Source: an uncultured virus (IMG/VR IMGVR_UViG_3300027842_000121) (taxonomy: Duplodnaviria > Heunggongvirae > Uroviricota > Caudoviricetes). Taken from it: a stretch of 64,000 nucleotides of DNA. A program made the position numbers and the translations under genes. Location: the IMG/VR virus record IMGVR_UViG_3300027842_000121, one strand, 5' to 3'. The stretch's first letter is position 1, and each line of letters begins with the position of its first letter. The notes beneath the pieces were generated by a model. It was not told the origin of the DNA. It did not search any database and was given only the letters and a program-made list of their open reading frames with translations. Positions 54,965-64,000 of the stretch are shown one piece after another.

Positions 54965-57508
54965 TCACTTCGCCGCAGAAACCTTATAGGCAACCGAGTT
55001 TGGTGCGGCTCCGGAAAGTGCGCAAGCCTGCACCGTCGCAATTCCAGCACCCGGCGACGACATGAACGCTGCGGGCGCCATGACGCCCGTTCCGGGGTTG
55101 GCAAGCGGCACGGCCGTCGCATTGGTCAGATTGCTCGCACCGGGGATCGTCACCGTCGTCGTGGCGCACGATCCGGCAGTCGGAGCTATCGCCGGGGAGA
55201 CGGCCGAAAGCGGCCAGGTGACGGTAATCCCCGGATCGTTGCCGACCAGCAGCGGCGTCGTGTACCCGCCGACACTATTGGTGCCGATCGTCATCGTCGG
55301 CGCATCGGCACCCGATCCAAACGAATCATAGCCAATTGCCGCCAGAGTGCCGATCGGTGCGGCGGCGTTCACGTAATTGCCCGAGATAAGCCCGCCGCCA
55401 ACCCCGGTCGTCGATACGTTGTGGGAAAGCCCGTAATTCGCCGAGCCCGCCGGCTGCATGCAGCGGTCGCCGATCTCCACCAGATTGATGATGTTCAGCG
55501 TGGAAACGCAGGCGCTCGCGGTGGTGCCAGCCCCGGAAATCTGATTGGAAACCAAGGTCAATCCGTTGACCGACGGGCTCGCCTCGATGCCGTTGAACTG
55601 TCCGGGCTTGAGATTGTAGCCGTCGATAACGCAGCCCTGCACCGTGACGTTGCTGCCCCCGCCGCCGATATTGACCCCGTAGCCCTGGGCGTTCTTGATG
55701 TCGCAGGCCGAGATGACCCCGGTCGTTATCGGCGAAAGAACGCTGATCGCGCCATCGGCCCCGGTTCCGGCCCCCCTCACCGTGGCGTTTCCGATCGTCA
55801 AATCTGCTACCGCGTCCTGAATGATTATCCCCGCATAGGCGCCAGCCGTGCCGTATCCGTCGCAATTGAAGCCCAGAATCTTCAGCGACGCCATACCACC
55901 GGTAACACCGCCGCCAAGGCTCATACAGTTGTTGGCAACATCGACAACATTGTTGCCGGACATCACCGTATCTACAAAATCGCCTCCCGTAATACCATTA
56001 CCGCTGGTGAATTGTCCGTTCAAATTGTTATTGCTGATGGTGGCATTTCTTATAAGCGGACTGAATCTCATCGCATCGTAGAGCGAGCCCCACAAAGTAA
56101 TATTGTTTCCGCTCGCAGAAAACTGGCCCGGAACCACAGCTGTTGTCGAAGTAAAGAGGATACCGTTCTGCCCGCAGTTCTTCAGGCGATTGCCGTCAAG
56201 AACGAGACTGGTATAGCCTCCCGTACCACCAACAACCGGACCCTGTACAACAATACAATGCTGACCGGTTCCGGTCGCATCTGAGTTGACAACCTTGAAA
56301 TACCCAGACAGAGGAGACGGCCACGTTACCTCGTCCGCATAACAGATTTGCGCATACCAGCAATGACTGTTGATGATCTCAATATCAAAGATCGCGGCCC
56401 CGATACAATGGTTGACACCTCCGCCGGACACCTGGAACACACAAGTTATATTGTTAAAAACGATATCCTGGCCCTGATAATGCGTGCCCCAACCGCCGCG
56501 ATTGATCCCGGTCGGATTGTAAGACGCGCCATCGACAAACTTGATGTGCCGAGTAGTGCCTGGATTGATATCGGAATCTTCGAGCGTCCCGCACGGGCCG
56601 CTCTGCCAGCATTGATTGCCGGTCACCAACCCGAATTCCGAGGCGTCCTGAACGGTCACACAGTAGCCGTCGGCCAGCGCCGCCTCGGTCACGCCGACAC
56701 AGGAAATGTGGCTCGTCTCGAAATGGATGTCGTCGTTGATGATCAGGTTGCCTTCGCCGTTGAACCCGGAGAAGACAGTGTTGGCAAAGGTGCAGCGGTA
56801 ACAGCCCTGCACCTCCAGAGCCATGTTCACATTATCGACCGCCGGCCCGACAAACTGGCCGCCGCGGATGGTCAAATCCGACAGTAGTGCGGTCGGCGTT
56901 GCAATGGCGCTGTCGCTGACCAGATAGCCGTCCTCGAGCGGCTCGAACAGGGTAAGGGTATTACCTGAAATCGAGCGGATCAGGTGGATCTCGCCGGCAT
57001 GGTGATCGAGCCCGGAGCCGGGCGGCGAGGTGGTAAAGTTGGACGACACCTTGACTGCACAGGCCGGGTTCGGAATGCCGGTGTTGCTGGCGCAAAACCC
57101 CGCCGTACTCGCGACCTGGAGGCTCATCTGGTTGAAGGTGCCGTCCGCGGTCAGCGCCGAAGACGCGCCAAGGGTATCCGACATCGTCATCAACGGCACG
57201 GCCGCATCAGGCCCGCGCGCGTCGACGAATTGCGCGTTTGAAGCCATATCCAGCGAGACGGCGCATTTCGGGTCCGCGGGGGCCGTCACAAACTTGTAGA
57301 CCCCAGCCGGCACGGTGGCCGTCTTGCCGCACAGCGCCGGCATGAAACGGGTAAAGATCGGACCGTTGTCGACCGTCCCGGTGCCGTCGGCGCCGTAATC
57401 GAGGACATTGGGATTGACGGGCGCCACACTCGTCGCCGCCACAAACATCAGGGCGCAGGCAGCCAACGTCACACCGGCGCAGCGTACCAGCCGCCGGCCA
57501 AAACTCAT
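54965..57508 (-). CDS. pectin-lyase-fold tailspike/depolymerase-like protein with signal-like leader
   Basis: NVLDYGADGTG..DN, VPAGVY, repeated xxISxN beta-helix rungs. Confidence 0.75.
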   Translation of the reverse strand: MSFGRRLVRCAGVTLAACALMFVAATSVAPVNPNVLDYGADGTGTVDNGPIFTRFMPALCGKTATVPAGVYKFVTAPADPKCAVSLDMASNAQFVDARGPDAAVPLMTMSDTLGASSALTADGTFNQMSLQVASTAGFCASNTGIPNPACAVKVSSNFTTSPPGSGLDHHAGEIHLIRSISGNTLTLFEPLEDGYLVSDSAIATPTALLSDLTIRGGQFVGPAVDNVNMALEVQGCYRCTFANTVFSGFNGEGNLIINDDIHFETSHISCVGVTEAALADGYCVTVQDASEFGLVTGNQCWQSGPCGTLEDSDINPGTTRHIKFVDGASYNPTGINRGGWGTHYQGQDIVFNNITCVFQVSGGGVNHCIGAAIFDIEIINSHCWYAQICYADEVTWPSPLSGYFKVVNSDATGTGQHCIVVQGPVVGGTGGYTSLVLDGNRLKNCGQNGILFTSTTAVVPGQFSASGNNITLWGSLYDAMRFSPLIRNATISNNNLNGQFTSGNGITGGDFVDTVMSGNNVVDVANNCMSLGGGVTGGMASLKILGFNCDGYGTAGAYAGIIIQDAVADLTIGNATVRGAGTGADGAISVLSPITTGVISACDIKNAQGYGVNIGGGGSNVTVQGCVIDGYNLKPGQFNGIEASPSVNGLTLVSNQISGAGTTASACVSTLNIINLVEIGDRCMQPAGSANYGLSHNVSTTGVGGGLISGNYVNAAAPIGTLAAIGYDSFGSGADAPTMTIGTNSVGGYTTPLLVGNDPGITVTWPLSAVSPAIAPTAGSCATTTVTIPGASNLTNATAVPLANPGTGVMAPAAFMSSPGAGIATVQACALSGAAPNSVAYKVSAAK

Positions 57509-58113
57509 GGGAGAATCCAACGTCCCAGCCCCAGATAGCCGTTCGGAATGATCACCCCGCCGCCATCGTCCGGGCGTGCGTCGGTGGTACTCCAGACATA
57601 AGTGACAGGCGGCTTGTCCCCCGGCTCATAGTACCCCAGCACCATCACCGGCATCGGCCCCGGAGGAGCCGGCAATGCCCGCAAAGTCGCAATATTCGGC
57701 ACCCAGCCGAGATTGACCAGCCCGAGCAGCCCGAAGCCCTGCAGTTTGTAGCGGTGGCCAAGGAGGTCGACGACGCAGGTCAGGCCATTATCGGGCGATG
57801 TCGTATCGGTCGGATCCCACTCCCAGAACCCGGCCCCCACCCCGATCGGCGTACCCCCGACCCCGGTGCCGAACACACCGCCGGTACCGGTGCCGAATAC
57901 CCCGCCTTCGCCGCTGCCGAACACGCCAGAAGGCGCTATCGAGGGATCGAATTGCGGGTCGTAGTAGGCCTCGACGTAGAACACCCGCGTTACGGTCTTG
58001 CTGTAATAATACTGGAAAAAGGTCTGGTTGGTGCGCAGCGCATCGAGCGAGGGCAGAATCGGGATGATCAGCTCGTCCTGCAGCGAGCCGTTGAGGTTGC
58101 GCAGGCCGCTCAT
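57505..58113 (-). CDS. tailspike head-binding-like module protein
   Basis: Two copies of (G/A)YY.P.D...W...D.G...GRW/RY. Confidence 0.55.
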   Translation of the reverse strand: MSGLRNLNGSLQDELIIPILPSLDALRTNQTFFQYYYSKTVTRVFYVEAYYDPQFDPSIAPSGVFGSGEGGVFGTGTGGVFGTGVGGTPIGVGAGFWEWDPTDTTSPDNGLTCVVDLLGHRYKLQGFGLLGLVNLGWVPNIATLRALPAPPGPMPVMVLGYYEPGDKPPVTYVWSTTDARPDDGGGVIIPNGYLGLGRWILP

Positions 58114-59975
58114 CGCGGCGCTCCGGGCGCCGGCCCGGGAGCTGCCGGGCCGGCGCCGCCGCCACCGGTGCCCAGCACCTGGTCGAGTGCGGTGTTGCCG
58201 CCGCCGACCGGCGTCTGGCTCAAGGTCTGGGCGCCCTGGATCGCCGCACCCGCGGCTGCCGTCAACGCCTGCTGCTGCTGCGCCTGCGCCCGGTTGGCGC
58301 GCAACTTCCGCACCTCTTCAGGTGAATTGAGAATGTCCACCGGCACGTTGAGCAGGCTCGCATAGTGCCGCCCGGTTCGGTCGGGGTTGATCAGATCACG
58401 CGCTTCCGGGTAGACCGCCCCGAGATTGCCGCCGATCGTCGCCACAAACCGCTCGATCGAACCCGTCGCAGCCGCCCGCTGCGCCATCGCCATCTCGGAA
58501 ATGTAATCGATCTGCAGCGGCAGCCGCGCCAAACTCTCCGGCATCGGCGGAAACATCCCGCGGCGCCGCATGATCTCGAAAATCCGCACTACCGCAGGCG
58601 AGCCGCCCTCGCTCTGAAACGCCTCGATGACCGGCCCCAGCACCTGAATCTTCTCGCCCTTGCGCTCGTAAATCTCCAACTCGTTGCGCGGCTGAATCCC
58701 TTCCATCTGACTGATCATCAGAAAGATGTCGGTGAAAAAGGCGCGATTGATCCGGTCCTGGCACTCCTTGATGTCGGCCAGCATCCCGGCCAGATCAGGC
58801 GCCACCTCGTAGATCGGCCGCATCCCTTTCCCGGCATCGACCTGGCTCACATAGGTAATATGCCCCGGCAGGATCGAAGACGGCTGGTTCTTCAACTCGG
58901 CATGCGCCAGGAGCGGCGGGCGCACCTGCTTCTCGATCGCCTCGGCCTTGCGCTTCTGCTCGGTCTGCAACTGCATGATGTCGGGCAGCGCGTCCATCCC
59001 CGGCGAACGCCCATAAGCGTCGTTCGAAACCGTCTGCCAGCGCGCCGCGATAAACGGCCTCTCATAAAACCCGCGCTTCGACAGGGGCCGCTCGTTCTGC
59101 TGCCCCCAAACCCAGTACACCTCGCGCCAGGTGTATTCCTCTCCCACCAGACGCACGCTCGATCCCGGATAGCGCCCGCGGATCGCAAAATTGGGCTCGA
59201 TCGCGTGCGCAATCACCCGCTCGGTTTCGAGTGCGGCACCCTTCGTCGCCCACAGCTGCTGAATGTCGGCCGGGCAATTCTCGACCCCGAACATGTCGAT
59301 AATCTGGGCCACCGTGAGAGTGAATTGCCGGTAAAGCGTATTATCTTCAAATTGCGACGAAGCGCCCAAATAATACTCGCCGGCGCACGGATTATACCCG
59401 CGCACTACATTTTCTTCGTCCTCGTAAAAGATGATGACGCCAGTGCCGAAGACAGTCATGTCCTCGAACATCTGACCCATGCACTTATAAAAATTCGACT
59501 CTGCCATCACCGCATACATGCGGTTTTCAACTTCCTCCAGCCACGCCGCAGCCTCGGCGTCGATCTCCAGGTTGCGGTCGATCCCGGCCTTCAGCTTGAA
59601 CCAGGGATGTGTGGCGCTGCACAACCCCGAGGTCATCCCCGAAGCGCAGGTGCGCATCGCCAAGGTGCCGGTCGAGTCCACGATCTCCTGGTTGATCGGA
59701 AACCCGCGCACCATCGTATTCGCGGTGATCAGCCAATGGTAACGCCGCGGCAGGATGAACCTTGCCAGAAGCGACCAATGCTCCCACCACGACAAACGCC
59801 AGTTGCGCAGCATCGCCAACCGCGCTTCGAGATGCGTCCAGAGATCTCCCCAATCGGGATCGTAGAAATGCTCAATGTCGGGAGGACTTGCCGGCTGTGC
59901 GGCAAGCAGCGTCGGCGACGACCGCTCGTAATGCGGCGCCTCCTCGACCAGCGCCAGCGCCGTCGAGCGCGCCAC
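58110..59975 (-). CDS. portal (head-tail connector, Bbp21-like)
   Basis: DSTGT.A, PWFKL, SNFY, FGTG, YGRSPGMDALPD, LGPV. Confidence 0.93.
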   Translation of the reverse strand: MARSTALALVEEAPHYERSSPTLLAAQPASPPDIEHFYDPDWGDLWTHLEARLAMLRNWRLSWWEHWSLLARFILPRRYHWLITANTMVRGFPINQEIVDSTGTLAMRTCASGMTSGLCSATHPWFKLKAGIDRNLEIDAEAAAWLEEVENRMYAVMAESNFYKCMGQMFEDMTVFGTGVIIFYEDEENVVRGYNPCAGEYYLGASSQFEDNTLYRQFTLTVAQIIDMFGVENCPADIQQLWATKGAALETERVIAHAIEPNFAIRGRYPGSSVRLVGEEYTWREVYWVWGQQNERPLSKRGFYERPFIAARWQTVSNDAYGRSPGMDALPDIMQLQTEQKRKAEAIEKQVRPPLLAHAELKNQPSSILPGHITYVSQVDAGKGMRPIYEVAPDLAGMLADIKECQDRINRAFFTDIFLMISQMEGIQPRNELEIYERKGEKIQVLGPVIEAFQSEGGSPAVVRIFEIMRRRGMFPPMPESLARLPLQIDYISEMAMAQRAAATGSIERFVATIGGNLGAVYPEARDLINPDRTGRHYASLLNVPVDILNSPEEVRKLRANRAQAQQQQALTAAAGAAIQGAQTLSQTPVGGGNTALDQVLGTGGGGAGPAAPGPAPGAPR

Positions 59976-60086
59976 TTATCGCCCCACGCCAATCATTACG
60001 ACCGACGTGTATGCCTATTTTACAAGAAGATTGAACGTCCTATCGCCGCCGAGAGAGCAGCACTACAGCAGCAGTCACCTATCGCG

Positions 60087-60548
60087 TCAGGCCTGCGCCG
60101 TCGCAACATCCTCTTTCGGGCTGCGCCCGGCACGCTCGTTCCAGCCCGCCATCCAGCCCTGCTGCCACTCCTCACGCTCCACAGTCGTTGGCACATAGGG
60201 GTTGCTCGACGCCGGATCGCCATTCATCGCCGCTCGATGCCCGGCATCATATTCCAGGCGGGCGGACGGCTTGCGCTTCTTCGGAAGCTTCATCCGCAGC
60301 ATCGCCGCCTCACCCAAGGGCGTGTCGGCCAGCATCCCAAGCTCTCGCCGGTAGCCGTCCATGGCCGCCTCTTCTGCAGCCACCGTGTCCACATCCCGCT
60401 TGCGCTCGCGGATCAGCCGGCGCAGCAGCTTCGGGTCGAAGCCGTAGGCCTTCGCCTCGATGTAAACTTCCTTGATGTCTTCGACGATCCCGGCCCGATC
60501 GCCCTCCAACAGCTCGATGCGATCGACGATCGCTTTCAGATCCATCAC
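60087..60548 (-). CDS. GapR (DUF2312)-like DNA-binding domain fused to an Rmf-like domain
   Basis: LKAIVDRIE.LE..DIKEVY.EAK..GFD; C-terminal YDAG..A..G..NPY..W..GW..G. Confidence 0.8.
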   Translation of the reverse strand: MMDLKAIVDRIELLEGDRAGIVEDIKEVYIEAKAYGFDPKLLRRLIRERKRDVDTVAAEEAAMDGYRRELGMLADTPLGEAAMLRMKLPKKRKPSARLEYDAGHRAAMNGDPASSNPYVPTTVEREEWQQGWMAGWNERAGRSPKEDVATAQA

Positions 60549-60820
60549 CGCCCCCTAAACTCTTCGGCATGAGCCGAACAATAGGGACGGCTGCCGATGA
60601 ATACGGTCGGCCGTTCCTGACAATCCCCACGCGCACAAATAAGCTGCATCGACGATGGTGTGTACCTGAAGCCACCTATAACACCTTTGGACGGCCTATC
60701 TTTACTTATCGCATCTACAGACAGTGGCGGACGCGCCATCTTCGCCAGATATTCGCCTATTTTACTCAACTTCTCGTCAATTCCGCGCAAAACCATCAGG
60801 ATTTCGTCGGTTTTGTCCAT
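60545..60820 (-). CDS. hypothetical protein with C-terminal Cys/His motif
   Basis: Start reassigned to ATG at 60820; CARGDC...YCSAH. Confidence 0.5.
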   Translation of the reverse strand: MDKTDEILMVLRGIDEKLSKIGEYLAKMARPPLSVDAISKDRPSKGVIGGFRYTPSSMQLICARGDCQERPTVFIGSRPYCSAHAEEFRGR

Positions 60821-60821
60821 T

Positions 60822-61298
60822 TCAGTGAAGTTCCTCCCAATACCGAGAGCTTCTCTGCATGTCAGAAGTTTGCTGGGCCGCTTCCGAAGCTTGGCGCAGC
60901 CCGGACAGATAGGCGTTGCCCTCTGCCTCTTCGGCCGCCAAATCGCGCGCCTCCTGCCGATCCAGCGCCGACTGACAGCCCGGATCAGCCGCGTAATCGC
61001 AAGCCTGCGTCGGCGCCGCAAGCAAAACGGCAAAACACAGAACCGCCGCTCCCAGTAGCGTCTTCGCCGCCGTCGCCGGCGCCCCCGTTCCCTGCGGCGA
61101 CGATTCGACCGTCCCGGCAAAGCCCGAGGCCGCAGCCCCCGCAACCGCCGCCCGCTGGGCCGCGGCCGAGGCAGAACCGGCCAGCTGCACGCTCGGCGTC
61201 GAGATCGAAGGCGGCGGCGGGGGCGGAGGCGGCGGAGGCGGCGGCGCCGCTACGGCCGGCGCCGCACCGCCGCCAAACAGATGCCCAAGAAAGCTCAT
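60822..61298 (-). CDS. small Pro-rich pre-portal protein with C-terminal extension
   Basis: MSFLG..poly-Pro..GFAGTV.SS..KTLLG, then a hydrophobic extension. Confidence 0.55.
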   Translation of the reverse strand: MSFLGHLFGGGAAPAVAAPPPPPPPPPPPPSISTPSVQLAGSASAAAQRAAVAGAAASGFAGTVESSPQGTGAPATAAKTLLGAAVLCFAVLLAAPTQACDYAADPGCQSALDRQEARDLAAEEAEGNAYLSGLRQASEAAQQTSDMQRSSRYWEELH

Positions 61299-61391
61299 CA
61301 CTCGATCTCCGGCCAAACAACATCGATCCAATTATGCGTCATCGGACAATCCTCAAATCCCCCAGCAGAAACCCCAGCACAAAGGCAGCGA

Positions 61392-61676
61392 TCAAGGCGC
61401 ACGCCACTGCGATCCAGGAGAGTAATCCAAGGGGGACTTGGCGCAATGCTTGTCGATCACTCGCGGAAGCTGCGACAAGATCGTCGCTTCTACCATCGCG
61501 CGCTGCGCCCGGAGTTCGGTCTGCCCGACCAGCACCGCAATCATCTCGCACAATATATCCACAATCATCAGCGGCGGCAGCCCGGCCCCCAGAAGCCGGT
61601 TCACCTGCATCTCGATGATCCCCGCCCCGTCGCGTACCGAAAGATTGGTGCCGTTCGCCCGCAGCAGGCCGCTCAT
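61392..61676 (-). CDS. hypothetical protein
   Basis: GGAGG upstream, 94 aa. Confidence 0.5.
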   Translation of the reverse strand: MSGLLRANGTNLSVRDGAGIIEMQVNRLLGAGLPPLMIVDILCEMIAVLVGQTELRAQRAMVEATILSQLPRVIDKHCAKSPLDYSPGSQWRAP

Positions 61677-61706
61677 GCCCCCTCCACCCGATCAGCCCCA
61701 AAAGAT

Positions 61707-61925
61707 TCAGTTCCGGCTTCCTTGTCCACGGCGCCATGAACGGATACGGCCTATCTGCCTCTTCCACCACGCCCAGCTCCACCGCCGCATCGACACCTTA
61801 TATACAGGCGCCACACCCTGCACAGCCACACCACGCGCCGCCAGATCCCGCGCCCACCCGTGCGCCTCTTTCCACGAGGCCGGCGTGCGCTTCCACTCGG
61901 TCAGCACGATAGGCGGCTCGCTCAT
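61707..61925 (-). CDS. hypothetical protein
   Basis: GGAG upstream; fits the operon. Confidence 0.4.
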   Translation of the reverse strand: MSEPPIVLTEWKRTPASWKEAHGWARDLAARGVAVQGVAPVYKVSMRRWSWAWWKRQIGRIRSWRRGQGSRN

Positions 61926-62644
61926 ATCGCGCTCCGGTAAAATTCATAGTATAAGATAGCCATCCCGCCCCTCGGCGTCAGGGGATCGAGGTCGCGCCTC
62001 GGTTGTCGTGTAACGTTCCGGCAAGGAGTTGGGGGTAGCACCCCCTGCCTATCATCCACCAGCCAGCAACCCGTCAATCATCACAATCCAGTCATTACGC
62101 GCATACTCGCGCCACTGCCCACCATCAACACCGACAGGAACCTCCAAAGAGTCCAGCATCTCCTCGGTCGGCACCCGAAGCGTCCCTATCGCGACACGCG
62201 CCTGCCCGATCCAAAATTCCGCCTCAGCCTGAGGCTCGCGCACCGTGGCATTAGCCCATAGCGCGCGAGCCACCCGCTCAATCACTGCGTTCGCCATCCT
62301 TCCGCTCCCAAGGCTCTTTCCACGCCTCGATCGCCGCCTCGGTCGCGGTGATGCGGGCAATCAACCCGTCCCGCATCAAGCTTGCCCTCGGCAACAACGC
62401 CAGTTGAGCCCGCATGATCGCGATCTGGTTTTCGAGCAGCAGGCGGTTCACGCCGCACTCCTCGGCCCGCCACGCTCCGGCGGAGGGTTGTGCAGCTTCT
62501 CCTTGATCTTCAGCACCACCAGCCGCGCCAGGGCCTCGGTCCTCATGTACAGCCCGGCACGCCGCCTGCCCTCCAGGTCGCGCGTCTCTTCTACCTCCGC
62601 GAGACTGCGGTGATCGCGGCTCGGCCAGGGGAGATGGTCGGTCA

Positions 62645-64000
62645 TCACCTCCACCCCCCAGACCTCGGCACCGGAGCCCGGTACAACTCCGCATACGGCT
62701 CATACTCGATCTGATGCCGCGGCCGCTCCGGGAACCCGTAATCAGCCGAACGCGCCGCAACCGGCGCGGCAAACGTCAAACACAACCCATCAGCCTCGTC
62801 CGGGCTGAACCCCAACCGCGCCTTCAACTCATCCTTAGGCTCAATCATCATCTGATCCCCCTTGAACGTGTACTCGATCGCCGGCAACGTCCGCCGCAAC
62901 TCCGCCGAGGGCGGCAACGCTCCCCCCTCCTTCACCCACTCCGCCATCTTGAAATGCATCTCCGCCCGCCGGTTCGCATACCGCGGATCAAGCGCCTTCC
63001 CGGCAAAATGTACCCCCACCGGAGACCGCCCCAACTGCCGCATCGCATCGATCCACCCAGCCCCATACCCCCCCGTCTCATCCACAAAACACCCGTCAGC
63101 CTTCCACTCCTCCCACTGCCGCGCCACCAGCGCCGCCCCCTGCATCGAATCCAGGCTCCGATACACCTTGGGCTCGAACGCCACCAACCCCTGCCGTGGG
63201 AAAATAACCGACTTGTCGTCACCAAACCGCGCAACATCAACCCCCAATATCCTCGGCGCGTGCCCGTACTGCCCCACATTATAATGCCGCGACATCGCCG
63301 CCTCGACATCCTCCGGCCCCAACAGCGCATTGATGCTCGACGGCGGAAACTGCCCAAAAACATTGACCAACACCCACGGGTCATGCCTCCCGTAAGTCTC
63401 GATCATCTGCCGCGCCCACTCGACCGAAATCCGCGACGCCCGCTTCGGATCGTCCGGGTCCCCCGTAATGTAAAAAACCAGCCAGTTCTTGTCCCGCGTC
63501 GCCCGGTACAACGGCCCCGACAAATGCGTCGGGTTCCCCGCCTGCACAATATGCCCCTCGATGCAGCTCGCCAGCGTCGCCTCCGCCGCAACCATCACCG
63601 CATCCGGTATCCCCCCACTCTCATCCAAAAAAAATGCAATGTAATCCGCATGCAGACCAGCCAAAGTCTCCGCCTGCGCCTGCGGATCGGCATCCTTCGG
63701 CCAGGTCCGCGCCGACATGAACCATGTCTCCGGCGCCTGCTTGCAAAATATCCGGCTCCCCGTCCACTCGAAATACGCCTGCAAAAACTCGCTGCGCTGC
63801 TGCCACTTCGACATCTCAGCCCAGAGATTGTCCCGCAGATTCGCCCCCGTAATGCTCGTCGCCCCAACCTTCGACTGCGGACGCGTCGCCAGCATGTTCC
63901 ACGCCAGCCACGCCTCCAACGCCGTCTTCCCAGGCCCCTTCGCCGCACAAAGCGCTATCCGCGGCGCACCAGGAAACGCCACCAACACCTCGTCCTGCCA
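62645..64000 (-). CDS. terminase large subunit (5' end beyond the window)
   Basis: AKGPGKT Walker A, FFLDE Walker B, GNP, LGVDVARFGDD, SPDEAD. Confidence 0.95.
   Translation of the reverse strand, partial: WQDEVLVAFPGAPRIALCAAKGPGKTALEAWLAWNMLATRPQSKVGATSITGANLRDNLWAEMSKWQQRSEFLQAYFEWTGSRIFCKQAPETWFMSARTWPKDADPQAQAETLAGLHADYIAFFLDESGGIPDAVMVAAEATLASCIEGHIVQAGNPTHLSGPLYRATRDKNWLVFYITGDPDDPKRASRISVEWARQMIETYGRHDPWVLVNVFGQFPPSSINALLGPEDVEAAMSRHYNVGQYGHAPRILGVDVARFGDDKSVIFPRQGLVAFEPKVYRSLDSMQGAALVARQWEEWKADGCFVDETGGYGAGWIDAMRQLGRSPVGVHFAGKALDPRYANRRAEMHFKMAEWVKEGGALPPSAELRRTLPAIEYTFKGDQMMIEPKDELKARLGFSPDEADGLCLTFAAPVAARSADYGFPERPRHQIEYEPYAELYRAPVPRSGGWR

Noticed and set aside
32925..60572. Long plus-strand and alternate-frame ORFs such as 58365-60572 and 38005-39501
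   Set aside because: Shadow ORFs of high-GC genes with no motifs
1..64000. Integrase, att sites, tRNA or rRNA genes, family A/B DNA polymerase, RNA polymerase
   Set aside because: None recognised; lifestyle cannot be assigned from this window

Overview
The window is most of a high-GC tailed phage genome with podovirus-type, BPP-1/APSE-like head and tail genes. The host is probably alphaproteobacterial (GapR-like gene). Layout: small early ORFs (+, 46-2296); a leftward replication and nucleotide module (origin-like inverted repeat, P-loop helicase-like protein, short C5 methyltransferase, Prim-Pol, SSB-like protein, exonuclease; 2361-8438); a rightward regulatory and accessory block (8631-15970); and a long leftward late operon (terminase, portal, scaffold, capsid, tail tube A/B, ejection proteins, tailspike-like proteins, GH25 endolysin; 64000 down to 16743). 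The most striking element is at 10349-12009. A lone RAMP/Cas7-like gene is followed by two non-coding arrays of 5-nt G(G/A)C-NN units, cut by 4-nt GGCA spacers into 44-59 nt blocks. When only the variable NN pairs are read as codon positions 1-2, one block spells (F/L)GYARVST(D/E), the serine recombinase catalytic motif. Another block, read antisense, spells IFLSY(R/S)(R/S), a TIR-domain motif. This suggests RNA guides using a gapped code that skips the wobble base. Other notable items: signal peptides on nearly all tail-fibre-position proteins, an O-antigen-ligase-like gene in the head module, a scaffold C-terminal motif shared by small neighbouring proteins, an Acb2-like protein, and fragments of captured genes. 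All family calls come from motif recognition by eye; no database search was run.
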